Of a stretch of DNA of 32,000 nucleotides, positions 9,672 through 18,451 are shown one piece after another. The translations under genes and the position numbers were made by a program. The stretch covers positions 21,306-53,305 of the forward strand of contig CAZNTZ010000002.1 in assembly GCA_964576135.1 (NCBI GenBank), given 5' to 3'. This stretch comes from an uncultured Muribaculaceae bacterium. GTDB lineage: Bacteria; Pseudomonadota; Alphaproteobacteria; Rs-D84. The notes under the pieces are model-generated. The model worked only from the letters and a program-made list of their open reading frames with translations. It ran no database searches and had not been told where the DNA came from. The stretch's first letter is position 1, and each line of letters starts with the position of its first letter.

Positions 9672-10092
9672 ATTTTGATTGTTCTTCGTACATTTTTTTA
9701 AAGTCAACTTGTTGCATATAAAATGGAGGAAATCCAGATTCAGATGTAACACGTAAAACCAATGAACGAACGTTTGGAAACAACAATTCAGGAACAGTTA
9801 TCAACAGAGTTTCTTTAAGTTCTGTTTCGTCTTTGGTGTCTTCTACTTGGACCAAACCAGAATATGTTATGTCTGTCATAAATATAGATTTGTCACCTTC
9901 TTCTAATTTGCTGTGCATTTTAACAATCAAATCAACCATGTATAAATTATTATCTGTGCCTTTGATTTGAATATCAAGATTGATATCCATTTTAGCCTGG
10001 CCGTTTTCTTTTTGAAAAAACAATTGTGGAACATTTGGTGACTCAAACGAAAAATCTTTTAAAAACTGTGATATCACTTGCATTTTTGACAT
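9670..10092 (-). CDS. secB: Protein-export chaperone SecB
   Basis: The 140-aa product has the N-terminal region QFLKDFSFESPNVPQLF and later LLFPNVRSLV, both characteristic of SecB. Confidence 0.88.
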   Translation of the reverse strand: MSKMQVISQFLKDFSFESPNVPQLFFQKENGQAKMDINLDIQIKGTDNNLYMVDLIVKMHSKLEEGDKSIFMTDITYSGLVQVEDTKDETELKETLLITVPELLFPNVRSLVLRVTSESGFPPFYMQQVDFKKMYEEQSK

Positions 10093-10170
10093 GGCTTTGC
10101 CTTTTGGTTTATGTTATCTTTTATGATAATATAGCACAAATAGGGAAAATTTCAACAAAGGAATATAAAT

Positions 10171-11253
10171 ATGAACAGCAAATCTTTTAATTTTTACTCT
10201 TTATTGGCTGTTTTATCGTTTTCACTTGCTGGTTGCGGTGATTTTACAGGCGGATTTAGTGCTGGTGGTAAAATTGGTGATGCAAAAGTTCCAAGTAATT
10301 TGCACGCGGTTTCATATGGGGATCTGCCAGGTTGGTCCAACGATGATGTAAGATATGCATTAAAAGCATTCAGAAACACTTGCAAGGCTAAATTGCAATA
10401 TAATGGTGAAGTTGTCCCAGACGCAGAATTATTGGCAGAAAAATGTAAAAATATACCACGCGAATCATCAAGTACAGAAACAGTTCGTAATTGGTTCCAG
10501 TCAAATTTTCAACCATATAAAATCTCTGACAAAGACGGAAAAACAAACGGAACATTCACAGGATATTATTCACCTGTCGTAAAGGCCTGTCGAACACAAA
10601 CATCTGTTTGTAGTGCACCAATTATGGATAAACCTGCAAATGGACAAAACTATGTTGGTATCCCAGCCAAAGATTTAGTTGCAAACCGTATTGGGCGTGT
10701 TATTTACTGGATCGATCCAATCGATTTGCAAGACATGGGCAGCGCAACACTAATCCTCGAAGATGGCAGTCGGGTTCGACTTTCTGTCGCATCTACAAAT
10801 AATTTACCATTTAATGGAATCGGTTCTCAGTTGAAAGCGCGTGGAATACGCCCACAAGAAGGTTATGGTATGAAATCGGTACGTAAATATTTGAAAGAAA
10901 ATCGCAGCCTTGCAAATGAACTTATCAATAATAACCCACGATATGTTTATTATACGCCTTCAAATTCAGAAGCTGTAACCGGAAATATCGGAACCCCACT
11001 TTCAAAGATTCGCAGCATAGCCGTAGACAAAAGTATTTATACTTTGGGATTGCCAGTTTATATAAACACAAACCTTTCTGATGGACGCAAATTTAGACGT
11101 CTGATGATGGCCCAAGATACAGGCGGAGCAATCAAAGGTTGGGTTCGTGCAGATATATTCTTTGGCGTTGGCGACAGTGCGTTTACATATGCCCAGGGTC
11201 AACATGCAAATGGCGAAATGTATATATTAATGCCAAAAAGATATGAATATTGA
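10171..11253 (+). CDS. mltA: Membrane-bound lytic murein transglycosylase A (lipoprotein)
   Basis: It has a lipobox (SLAGC). MltA-like regions are present, including the C-terminal 3D-domain segment IAVDKSIYTLGLPVYI...MMAQDTGGAIKG. An AAGGA Shine-Dalgarno box precedes the ATG. Confidence 0.88.
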   Translation: MNSKSFNFYSLLAVLSFSLAGCGDFTGGFSAGGKIGDAKVPSNLHAVSYGDLPGWSNDDVRYALKAFRNTCKAKLQYNGEVVPDAELLAEKCKNIPRESSSTETVRNWFQSNFQPYKISDKDGKTNGTFTGYYSPVVKACRTQTSVCSAPIMDKPANGQNYVGIPAKDLVANRIGRVIYWIDPIDLQDMGSATLILEDGSRVRLSVASTNNLPFNGIGSQLKARGIRPQEGYGMKSVRKYLKENRSLANELINNNPRYVYYTPSNSEAVTGNIGTPLSKIRSIAVDKSIYTLGLPVYINTNLSDGRKFRRLMMAQDTGGAIKGWVRADIFFGVGDSAFTYAQGQHANGEMYILMPKRYEY

Positions 11254-11572
11254 TTCAAAAACACCTTTGTCAGCACGCAAAGCACGCCCACAAACAATTG
11301 GCGGTGTTGTTGGAAATTTATTGCGTGCGCTGGGTGGCCGTGCATCTGATGCAGATTTAAAAAACAAATGGCCTGAAATTATTGGCCCAGAACTATCTGA
11401 AATAGCAATTTTGAAAAGTATTCGTGTAAAAGATAAAAAATTCAGCATTTCTGTATCGCCAAAAAATGCTGCTCTGGCATTACCGCTTTCTTACCGATTG
11501 GATGAAATAAAATTAAAAATAAATAATTATTTTGGTTATGAAGCTGTACAAAAAATGACTCTCAGCAAATAA
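11243..11572 (+). CDS. DUF721 domain protein (DciA-like family)
   Basis: The 109-aa product shows the pattern LKNKWPEIIGPELSEIAILKSIRVKDKKFSISVSPKNAALAL...LKINNYFG, typical of DUF721. It overlaps the mltA 3' end by 11 nt and the ruvC 3' end by 11 nt. Confidence 0.6.
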   Translation: MNIDSKTPLSARKARPQTIGGVVGNLLRALGGRASDADLKNKWPEIIGPELSEIAILKSIRVKDKKFSISVSPKNAALALPLSYRLDEIKLKINNYFGYEAVQKMTLSK

Positions 11573-12041
11573 TTCGCGACATATTTGAATGTGCCAATGC
11601 AATTGCAATCGCATCAGATTCATCAGCGGTTTTGGGCGCTGCCGCTGGTAATAAAATTTTGACCATTTTATAAATCTGATCTTTGTCTGCATGCCCTGCA
11701 GATGTAATTGCCTTTTTAATTTTATTTGGTTCATATTCAAAAACTTGAATATTGTGTGTTGCAATTGAAACAATTGCGGATGCACGTGCATGCCCAAGTA
11801 ATAATGTAGATGTTGGATTTTTGTTTACAAAAGTAATTTCAATTCCACATTCATCTGGTTTCCACGTTTCACAAATTTTTGAAACTTCATCGAAAATAAA
11901 TTTCAAACGCACAGAAAGTTCTGCGTTTTTTGGTGGCAAAATAACGCCACTGGAAACATATTTTCGTTCACTGCCAGAAGTATCAATAATCGCCCACCCA
12001 GTGTGTATGAGACCCGGATCAATTCCTATTATTCTTTTCAT
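11562..12041 (-). CDS. ruvC: Crossover junction endodeoxyribonuclease RuvC module (159 aa, with its own ATG at 12041, lying in frame behind the AddB-like ORF)
   Basis: The sequence MKRIIGIDPGLIHTGWAII...GIEITF...GHADKDQI...ADESDAIAIALAH contains the RuvC acidic catalytic residues and is of full typical length. No stop codon separates it from the upstream AddB-like frame. Confidence 0.9.
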   Translation of the reverse strand: MKRIIGIDPGLIHTGWAIIDTSGSERKYVSSGVILPPKNAELSVRLKFIFDEVSKICETWKPDECGIEITFVNKNPTSTLLLGHARASAIVSIATHNIQVFEYEPNKIKKAITSAGHADKDQIYKMVKILLPAAAPKTADESDAIAIALAHSNMSRIIC

Positions 12042-14378
12042 TCGTTTCTCATAAACAATAAATATCTCTTTGGCTTTGTTTTCTGCTGCGTTAATAAAAC
12101 TTTCCATCTTTTCTGAATTATATACTATGGGGCGTGATTCATCACGTTTTAATTGCAAAAAACTTATATCAATTGCTGGTGAAAACATCAAAGCCTCTAA
12201 CGGAAGTTGTGGCATCATACCCTCTGACAATTGTTTTTCATTTGGGGCTTTGCCTGTTTTAATATCAACAACGTGTGACCCTTTGTCATCTTGCCATACA
12301 AGATCTGCCCGTGCACAAACAATCCGGTTACCAATCTTGGTTTCCCCATAAATTTCAGAATTTGCGGTCATAGGTATTCCAACAAAGAAATCTTCAACGA
12401 CCTTTGCAATTTCAATAAAACGCTTGTTCCAGAAATGCCCAAGTACAGATTCAGGTGGCAAAATTTCCTGGGCCCTTTCTTTTAATACATTAACTAAATC
12501 AAGATTGCGATTTTTAATTTTTTCTTCGATAACTTTATGAACCAAGTTTCCAAATTCAATTGCGTATCTGTCTTCCCATGCATCTGGCTTTCTTTTTAAA
12601 TTCAAAATTGATTTTGCATAATATACATAAGGATTGTGAATCAGATCTTCTAAATGTGTCACAAATATGGGCGCATTATACATTGGTGGTGACGGTGGGT
12701 TATTATTAATTGGATTATATGGTACATTGTCATAAGATCTTACTTTGCCAACATATTCTTTTCCAATATTCGTATCATTCTTATTTTTCACAGCAATACG
12801 CGATAAAAACCGAGATTCAATTGTCTGAGTTCCACCAGATGTATTTGATCGTGTCCAATAAACATTTTTTGCACATGATAAAGTGATAAAATCTAATGAC
12901 TGTAATGATACTTTGCGCATTGGTGACGGTAACCCAATTTTATCAGCAACTCCACGTGGTAACCATGGATTTTCATAACCCATATCCGGGAACATTTCTT
13001 CGTTAAGCCCTGTTAGTATAACAACATCTGCTGTTTGCATTCTGGATTCAATTGTGCCAAGCACAAAAACTTTACTGTCCTCGATCATTGGTGGACGAAT
13101 CTGAACACTGCTGAGCGCATCTGATATAACACCTCTGGCGCCAGAACGATCTAATACAATGTCATATTTGACTAAAATATCACAAACTGTTTTTATTTTT
13201 TCAATAATTTCTATGGATTCATCTTGCGCTGTAAAATCTGATATTAAATTTTTTATAGAACCATACAGATTCTTAAGATCTATCGGTAAATCTGAATCTA
13301 GATAGTTTAATATAAATCGTCCCAAAGGATGAGATACCCCGGATGTTCCTCCAGAAAAATCAGCACATATTCCACGTGCAGCAAACGCTTCTTTAAGTCT
13401 TTGATTTCCGGCGGCGTCTGGCGTTATCACCAAAACAGATTTATTTTCAGAAACGGCACGTGATGAAATTTCTGCAACAACTTCTGCTTCTTCTGATTCA
13501 CGAACACAATCAATTCTTATTGCGTTATTTATAACTTTTGATGACCTGCTTGTGGTATTTGCAAATGCATCATTAAAAAAATCAATTTCTGAATCACCAA
13601 CATCAATTACTTGAACACTTGACGGAACCACCCCTATTCTTTCAAGCAATTTATATTCTGAATGATATGGATTTGTCTCGGCCTCGTAATTTGAACATGT
13701 CCCAATTTTTCCAGGTAAAATTATTTTCCCGTTTGGCATTTTTGCAATATGCGCTATTAAATCGGCGGTTGCAGGAACCGAAGCTGTTGAGCCACAAACA
13801 AAAACCCTGTCATATTTTTTAACTTCTGAAATCCATTCCCGGATTCCTTGGTTTCTTTTTTGTGTTTCTGTAATTTTATCTGGAAAAATTTTTGGTAACA
13901 CATTTGATACAAAATCCAAAAACTTTGCCTTGGCAATAAAGTGTTCGGCATATTTTTCATCTATTAGATTTGACCAATTGATAGTTGTTTCTTCACCTGG
14001 GGCACGTTCATTTTCAATATAATCCATCATTCTGACTAAATCATGCGCTATGGGTAATGCAGAAGCCATTCCACGACCATCAAGGGCTGCAACCATTTTT
14101 GATAAAACAATTACACGCTCTGTATTTGATATTACGTTGTCTCCGGATTCTGAATCTGCTTCGTCAACACTTTCGCCAAGCGCAACAATTTTCGGTAAAA
14201 TAACAGCGTTACCTGATTTTTCAACAATCAATTTTTCAAAACTTCGCACTGAACGCCTTGATGGTAAAAATACAATATCCGAAGAATAGTCATAACTTTC
14301 TTTTTGCAAAAGATGCCATAACGCTTCAAGCATCATGGCAGGATTTGATACACAAAAAATATTATTATTTGCCGTCAA
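12042..14378 (-). CDS. addB: Double-strand break repair protein AddB-like (PD-(D/E)XK nuclease family) module, 779 codons without its own stop
   Basis: The N-terminus DIVFLPSRRSVRSFEKLIV...AVILPKIVALGESVDEAD matches the alphaproteobacterial AddB pattern. The C-terminal nuclease motif is ARADLVWQDDKGSHVVDIKTGK followed by PQLPLEALM. The start appears to be a TTG at 14378, overlapping the engB 3' end by 14 nt. Confidence 0.75.
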
Positions 14379-14940
14379 TTATTTCACGCAATCTTTCTAT
14401 ACCTATTTTCTTAGACGCTGATGTTTCTAAAATCTCTGTGATCATTGCTGGACGAAGCATACATGATATTTCACGACACAAAGTGAATATCGCAAGTTTA
14501 CCAGCTTTGTCGATTTTTGTTAAAACAACTTGATAAGTTATTCCGTGCGCATCGCAGAAATCCATCAAATCTATATCTGATTGTTTTATGTCAATTCGTG
14601 AATCAATTAATATAAATAAACGTTTTAATTGTGTACGCGTCATCAAATATTCTTGAAGTCTCGAGAGCCACATATCAGCGGTAACTTTGGAAATTCTGGC
14701 ATAACCATATCCCGGCAAGTCAACCAGCGTTACTTTATCATTAAGATTAAATAAATTTATCTGTTGGGTTCTGCCAGGTGTTTTTGATGTTCTTGCTGTA
14801 TTTTCACCCGCAACTGCGTTTATCAATGAAGATTTTCCAACATTGGACCGCCCTATGAAAGCATACTCATTTATTTTGGCCTTTGGCAGAGATTTTACTT
14901 CTTCGAAAGATCCCACAAACTTAATCATTTTCGCCTCCAT
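14365..14940 (-). CDS. engB: Ribosome biogenesis GTP-binding protein EngB/YihA
   Basis: GTPase motifs GRSNVGKSSLINA, DLPGYGYA and TKIDK are present. A GGAGG box within the first codons suggests the real start may be the second ATG at 14928 (MIKFVGSF). Confidence 0.9.
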   Translation of the reverse strand: MEAKMIKFVGSFEEVKSLPKAKINEYAFIGRSNVGKSSLINAVAGENTARTSKTPGRTQQINLFNLNDKVTLVDLPGYGYARISKVTADMWLSRLQEYLMTRTQLKRLFILIDSRIDIKQSDIDLMDFCDAHGITYQVVLTKIDKAGKLAIFTLCREISCMLRPAMITEILETSASKKIGIERLREIIDGK

Positions 14941-14965
14941 TTTTTGTTATAAAAAAGTTAATTAA

Positions 14966-15784
14966 TTATGTTGTACTGTTTTCAATTATTATTTTGTCAT
15001 AAGCTTCTGATTTACTGATACCTGTCCTGGCTGCTACTTTTTCTGCTGCTTCTTTGGTTTTATAACCTTCGGCAACAACTTGTTTTACAATTTCTGATAT
15101 ATCGGAATCCGACATTTGAATATCTGGTGCCGGCTCTATGACCATTACAATTTCGCCCTTGATTTCCTTGCCTGAAAGTTTTTCTGACAATTCAGAAGGG
15201 TAACCAATAATTGTTTCTTCAAACATTTTTGTAATTTCACGAACAATTGCAACACGACGCTCTGGCATTACACGTGTAAGTGAAGAAACTGTATCTAAAA
15301 CTCTGTTCGGGCTTTCATAGTAAATTATAGTGTGCCGAATGCGATTGTCCAGGTGCAACTTCTTTTCATCAAAAAATCCACAGAATGTAAACCGATCCGT
15401 CGGGAATCCGGACAACACCAGCGCAGATATCAGAGCAGTCGGTCCAGGAACAACAAATACTGGTAAATCATTTTCACGGCATGCACGAACAATTCTGAAT
15501 CCAGGATCAGATACAGCAGGCATACCAGAATCAGAAACAACCGCTATGCGCATCCCAGACTGAATTTTTTGAATTAAATCTGTTAAAACCTCACGTTCAT
15601 TATGATCGTGCATCGCAATACGCGGTGTTTTAATATCAAAATGTGTGGCTAGTTTTCCAAAAACGCGTGTATCTTCACATGCGATCAAATCGACATTTTG
15701 CAAAATTTCAACTGCGCGCGGAGACATATCGGAAAGGTTTCCAATAGGTGTTCCAACAATATATAATCCTGTTTTTATTTCCAT
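14966..15784 (-). CDS. rsmI: 16S rRNA (cytidine1402-2'-O)-methyltransferase RsmI
   Basis: LYIVGTPIGNLSDMSPRAVEIL, CEDTR and YESPNR are motifs of the tetrapyrrole-methylase-fold RsmI family. Confidence 0.9.
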   Translation of the reverse strand: MEIKTGLYIVGTPIGNLSDMSPRAVEILQNVDLIACEDTRVFGKLATHFDIKTPRIAMHDHNEREVLTDLIQKIQSGMRIAVVSDSGMPAVSDPGFRIVRACRENDLPVFVVPGPTALISALVLSGFPTDRFTFCGFFDEKKLHLDNRIRHTIIYYESPNRVLDTVSSLTRVMPERRVAIVREITKMFEETIIGYPSELSEKLSGKEIKGEIVMVIEPAPDIQMSDSDISEIVKQVVAEGYKTKEAAEKVAARTGISKSEAYDKIIIENSTT

Positions 15785-15844
15785 TTTATTTGATTATTCC
15801 TTGATGCTATATTATGATAATACTATCACTTAGGGAATTTTCAA

Positions 15845-17473
15845 ATGTTTAAATCATTATATTGGATTATTTGCTCGTTATTCATGGTTTCTGCCTGTGT
15901 CCAACAAGGTGGTGATTGGAATACCGGATATGGAGAGACACCTCCCGGTGCTCCTTCAGAATTATACGGTACATTTTCACCAGATATGACTGAAACGTCT
16001 ATGATAGATGGAACGAGTGCATCAGCTATTGCCCAAGAAACAGCGAATGTTAAAACTATTGCTGTACTTTTGCCTCTTTCTGGTCCAAATGCAGAATTAG
16101 GTGAAGGTTTACGTCATGCTATTGAAATAGCATTTTTGCAAAAACAACCAAAAAATATACTAATTTCATTTAATGATTTGTCTGGAACTCAGAATAACAA
16201 AATATCAGCCATAGAAGGCGTTCTTTTAAAAAAACCAGATATAATTATTGGTCCAATTTTTGCAGAAGATGCGACTTTATTAAGAAATATGAAACCAGAT
16301 GAATTACCAGTATTATCATTTTCATCTGATCAATCCGCGCTTGGTGATGGTGTGTTATCTGTTGCCCTTATGCCGAACCAAGGTGCCGAAGCATCCGTTG
16401 AAAAAATAGTCAAAGATGGTCGTAAAAAAATTCTTGTACTGGCACCAAACAATAATTCTGGTTATGTAATGGCTACTACAGCCCTTGATGCTGTTAATAT
16501 TTACAGCAATAATTCAAAATGTCTGATTTATTATACCGAAGGCGATTCTGATTCAATAAAATCAGCGGCCTCGCGCGCAGCGCAATATCCTGCACGTAAT
16601 GCTGCAAATGATCGTGCCAAAGAAATTTTGTCTGATATTTTGATAAATGAAAATTTATCCGCTTCAGAAAAAAATTCTTTGAATGCTCAACTTGAAAGAT
16701 TGTCTAAAAATGACACCCTGGGTAACCCACCATTTGATTCAGTATTATTTTTAGGCGGCGCCGCTGACAGTAAATCACTTGCTTCGTTTTTGAAATATTA
16801 TGACATAGGTGACGCAAAATTATATGGCACAGCAATGTGGGATTCACCAATTATGCTTGGCGATATTCAAATGTTCGGTTCAGAATATTCATCATTACCA
16901 CCCGTAAACCCTAACTTTGAAGCGATTTATACCGAAGTTGAAGGTAAAACCCCTTCACGTATGGATTCATTTGCATATGATGCAACAATGCTCGCAATTG
17001 GTGCAATTGAATCTCATAAAGGTATCGCAGCATATTTACTTGATCCTTCTGGATATCGTGGTCTGGACGGATTATTACGTTTGCGTCCAAACGGAGAAAG
17101 TGAACGTGCGTTGCAAATCAATCGTTTAAACAGTGATGGTGCAATAACAGTTGTTGGACCAGCACAGAATTTTATACACCCACTTTATCAAACACCACGT
17201 GCCAGCAAATCGAAACCAAATGAACGTTCTTGCGATTTTGAAGGGGTTCGCGCAACTGATTACATAAATATACCTGCGCGTCTGCGGACAAAATATACTT
17301 CAAAATTATATGGATCTTGGACAAAACTTGATCAAACAAATACAATTTCTGATCCAGTAACTGTTTTACCAGAAGATGATTCAGAACCTGTTTATACAGA
17401 TCCAGATTTTCAACCGACAAATCTTGACGAGGTTGATAAACATATGATTGACGAAGTTTCTGTGACCAATTAA
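15845..17473 (+). CDS. LpoA-like penicillin-binding protein activator (periplasmic-binding-protein type 1 fold lipoprotein)
   Basis: It has a lipobox (MVSAC) and a type 1 periplasmic-binding-protein-like core (IAVLLPLSGPNAELGEGL...). It is divergent from rsmI, as the rsmI-lpoA pair is in E. coli. The last 100 aa or so form an acidic, proline-containing tail with no similarity I recognise. Confidence 0.65.
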   Translation: MFKSLYWIICSLFMVSACVQQGGDWNTGYGETPPGAPSELYGTFSPDMTETSMIDGTSASAIAQETANVKTIAVLLPLSGPNAELGEGLRHAIEIAFLQKQPKNILISFNDLSGTQNNKISAIEGVLLKKPDIIIGPIFAEDATLLRNMKPDELPVLSFSSDQSALGDGVLSVALMPNQGAEASVEKIVKDGRKKILVLAPNNNSGYVMATTALDAVNIYSNNSKCLIYYTEGDSDSIKSAASRAAQYPARNAANDRAKEILSDILINENLSASEKNSLNAQLERLSKNDTLGNPPFDSVLFLGGAADSKSLASFLKYYDIGDAKLYGTAMWDSPIMLGDIQMFGSEYSSLPPVNPNFEAIYTEVEGKTPSRMDSFAYDATMLAIGAIESHKGIAAYLLDPSGYRGLDGLLRLRPNGESERALQINRLNSDGAITVVGPAQNFIHPLYQTPRASKSKPNERSCDFEGVRATDYINIPARLRTKYTSKLYGSWTKLDQTNTISDPVTVLPEDDSEPVYTDPDFQPTNLDEVDKHMIDEVSVTN

Positions 17474-17479
17474 AAAAAC

Positions 17480-17507
17480 TTGATTTGTCTTATAATTTGT
17501 ATATAAT
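17480..17507 (+). promoter_or_regulatory. Sigma-70-type promoter for the tRNA-Tyr/tRNA-Gly unit
   Basis: TTGATT (17480-17485) is followed by a 16-nt spacer and TATAAT (17502-17507). A GC-rich discriminator CGGGCAG follows, and the tRNA starts at 17527. Confidence 0.6.
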
Positions 17508-17526
17508 CGGGCAGTCGCAAAGTTTT

Positions 17527-17613
17527 GGGCGTGCGCCGGAGTCGGAGAGCCGGGGCAGACTGTAAATCTGTTAGCTTACGCTTTAGGTGGTTCGACTCCA
17601 CCCACTCCCACCA
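17527..17613 (+). tRNA. tRNA-Tyr (anticodon GUA), class II with long variable arm and encoded CCA
   Basis: I folded this by hand. The acceptor stem is GGGCGTG/CACTCCC and the D stem is CCGG/CCGG. The anticodon stem-loop is GCAGA-CTGTAAA-TCTGT. There is a 14-nt variable arm, a T arm GGTGG-TTCGACT-CCACC and then ACCA. The fold contains a C4/U69 mismatch and has C at position 8. Confidence 0.8.
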
Positions 17614-17629
17614 ATAATATTAAAAAACT

Positions 17630-17704
17630 GCGGGCATTGTTTAATGGCTAAAATACAAGCCTTCCAAGCTTGGGATGAGGGTTCGATTCCCTCTGCCCGC
17701 ACCA
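17630..17704 (+). tRNA. tRNA-Gly (anticodon UCC) with encoded CCA
   Basis: I folded this by hand. The acceptor stem is GCGGGCA/TGCCCGC. The anticodon stem-loop is CAAGC-CTTCCAA-GCTTG. The T arm is GAGGG-TTCGATT-CCCTC, followed by ACCA. Confidence 0.9.
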
Positions 17705-17710
17705 TAAAAT

Positions 17711-17737
17711 AAAACCGCCTTATCGGCGGTTTTTTTA
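17711..17737. terminator. Bidirectional rho-independent terminator between the tRNA unit and lolD
   Basis: The sequence is AAAACCGCC-TTATC-GGCGGTTTTTTT. It lies immediately upstream of the lolD stop codon at 17738 on the opposite strand. Confidence 0.85.
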
Positions 17738-18451
17738 TTATCCAACAATTCCATTTTTGATTGTGATTATGCGATCGGCGCGTGATGCAAGCACCATATC
17801 GTGCGTCACAAACAGCATCGCCATCTTGTTTTTCCGTGCCAAATCTAATAACAAATCAAATACCATTCCCGCATGTTTTGGATCAAGTGAACCTGTTGGC
17901 TCGTCCGCGAGTAAAATATCCGGTTGATTAGCAAGTGCACGTGCAACAGCCGTACGTTGTTGTTCACCACCAGACATTTCTGATGGAAAATGACTGGCAC
18001 GATGTAATACATTTGCAGATTTTAATAATCTTTTCGCGATAATAATTGCTTCGTTTTCTTCTCTGCCCGCTGTCAGCATAGGTAAGACGACATTTTCAAG
18101 TGCAGTAAAATCAGAAAGTAAATTATGGCGCTGATATACAAACCCTAATTTTTGACGGCGCATATTAGTGCGTGCCTCGTCGTTCATTTTGTGAACAACA
18201 GAACCCGAAATAATAATACTTCCAGATGTTGGTCTATCCAGCAAACCAACGCATTGCAACAATGTTGACTTTCCACAACCACTTGGTCCAACAAGTGCAA
18301 CTATTTCACCACGACGCAAATCGAATCCACCACCACGAAGAATCTGTAATGGCTGTCCACCTTCTACAAACGTTTTTTGAATGTCGCGCACAGACATTAC
18401 AACATCGCCCTTTGCAACTTTTGATAAAGATTTTAAAATTGAATTGCTCAT
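17738..18451 (-). CDS. lolD: Lipoprotein-releasing ABC transporter ATP-binding protein LolD
   Basis: It has Walker A GPSGCGKST, the ABC signature LSGGEQQRTAVARAL and Walker B ILLADEPTGSLD. It directly abuts lolC with no spacer. Confidence 0.88.
   Translation of the reverse strand: MSNSILKSLSKVAKGDVVMSVRDIQKTFVEGGQPLQILRGGGFDLRRGEIVALVGPSGCGKSTLLQCVGLLDRPTSGSIIISGSVVHKMNDEARTNMRRQKLGFVYQRHNLLSDFTALENVVLPMLTAGREENEAIIIAKRLLKSANVLHRASHFPSEMSGGEQQRTAVARALANQPDILLADEPTGSLDPKHAGMVFDLLLDLARKNKMAMLFVTHDMVLASRADRIITIKNGIVG

Noticed and set aside
17474-17737. The tRNA-Tyr/tRNA-Gly locus as a possible integration site for a genomic island
   Set aside because: Both flanks are housekeeping genes (lpoA-like and lolD) at normal spacing. 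There is no integrase, no direct repeat of a tRNA 3' end and no foreign-looking cargo.
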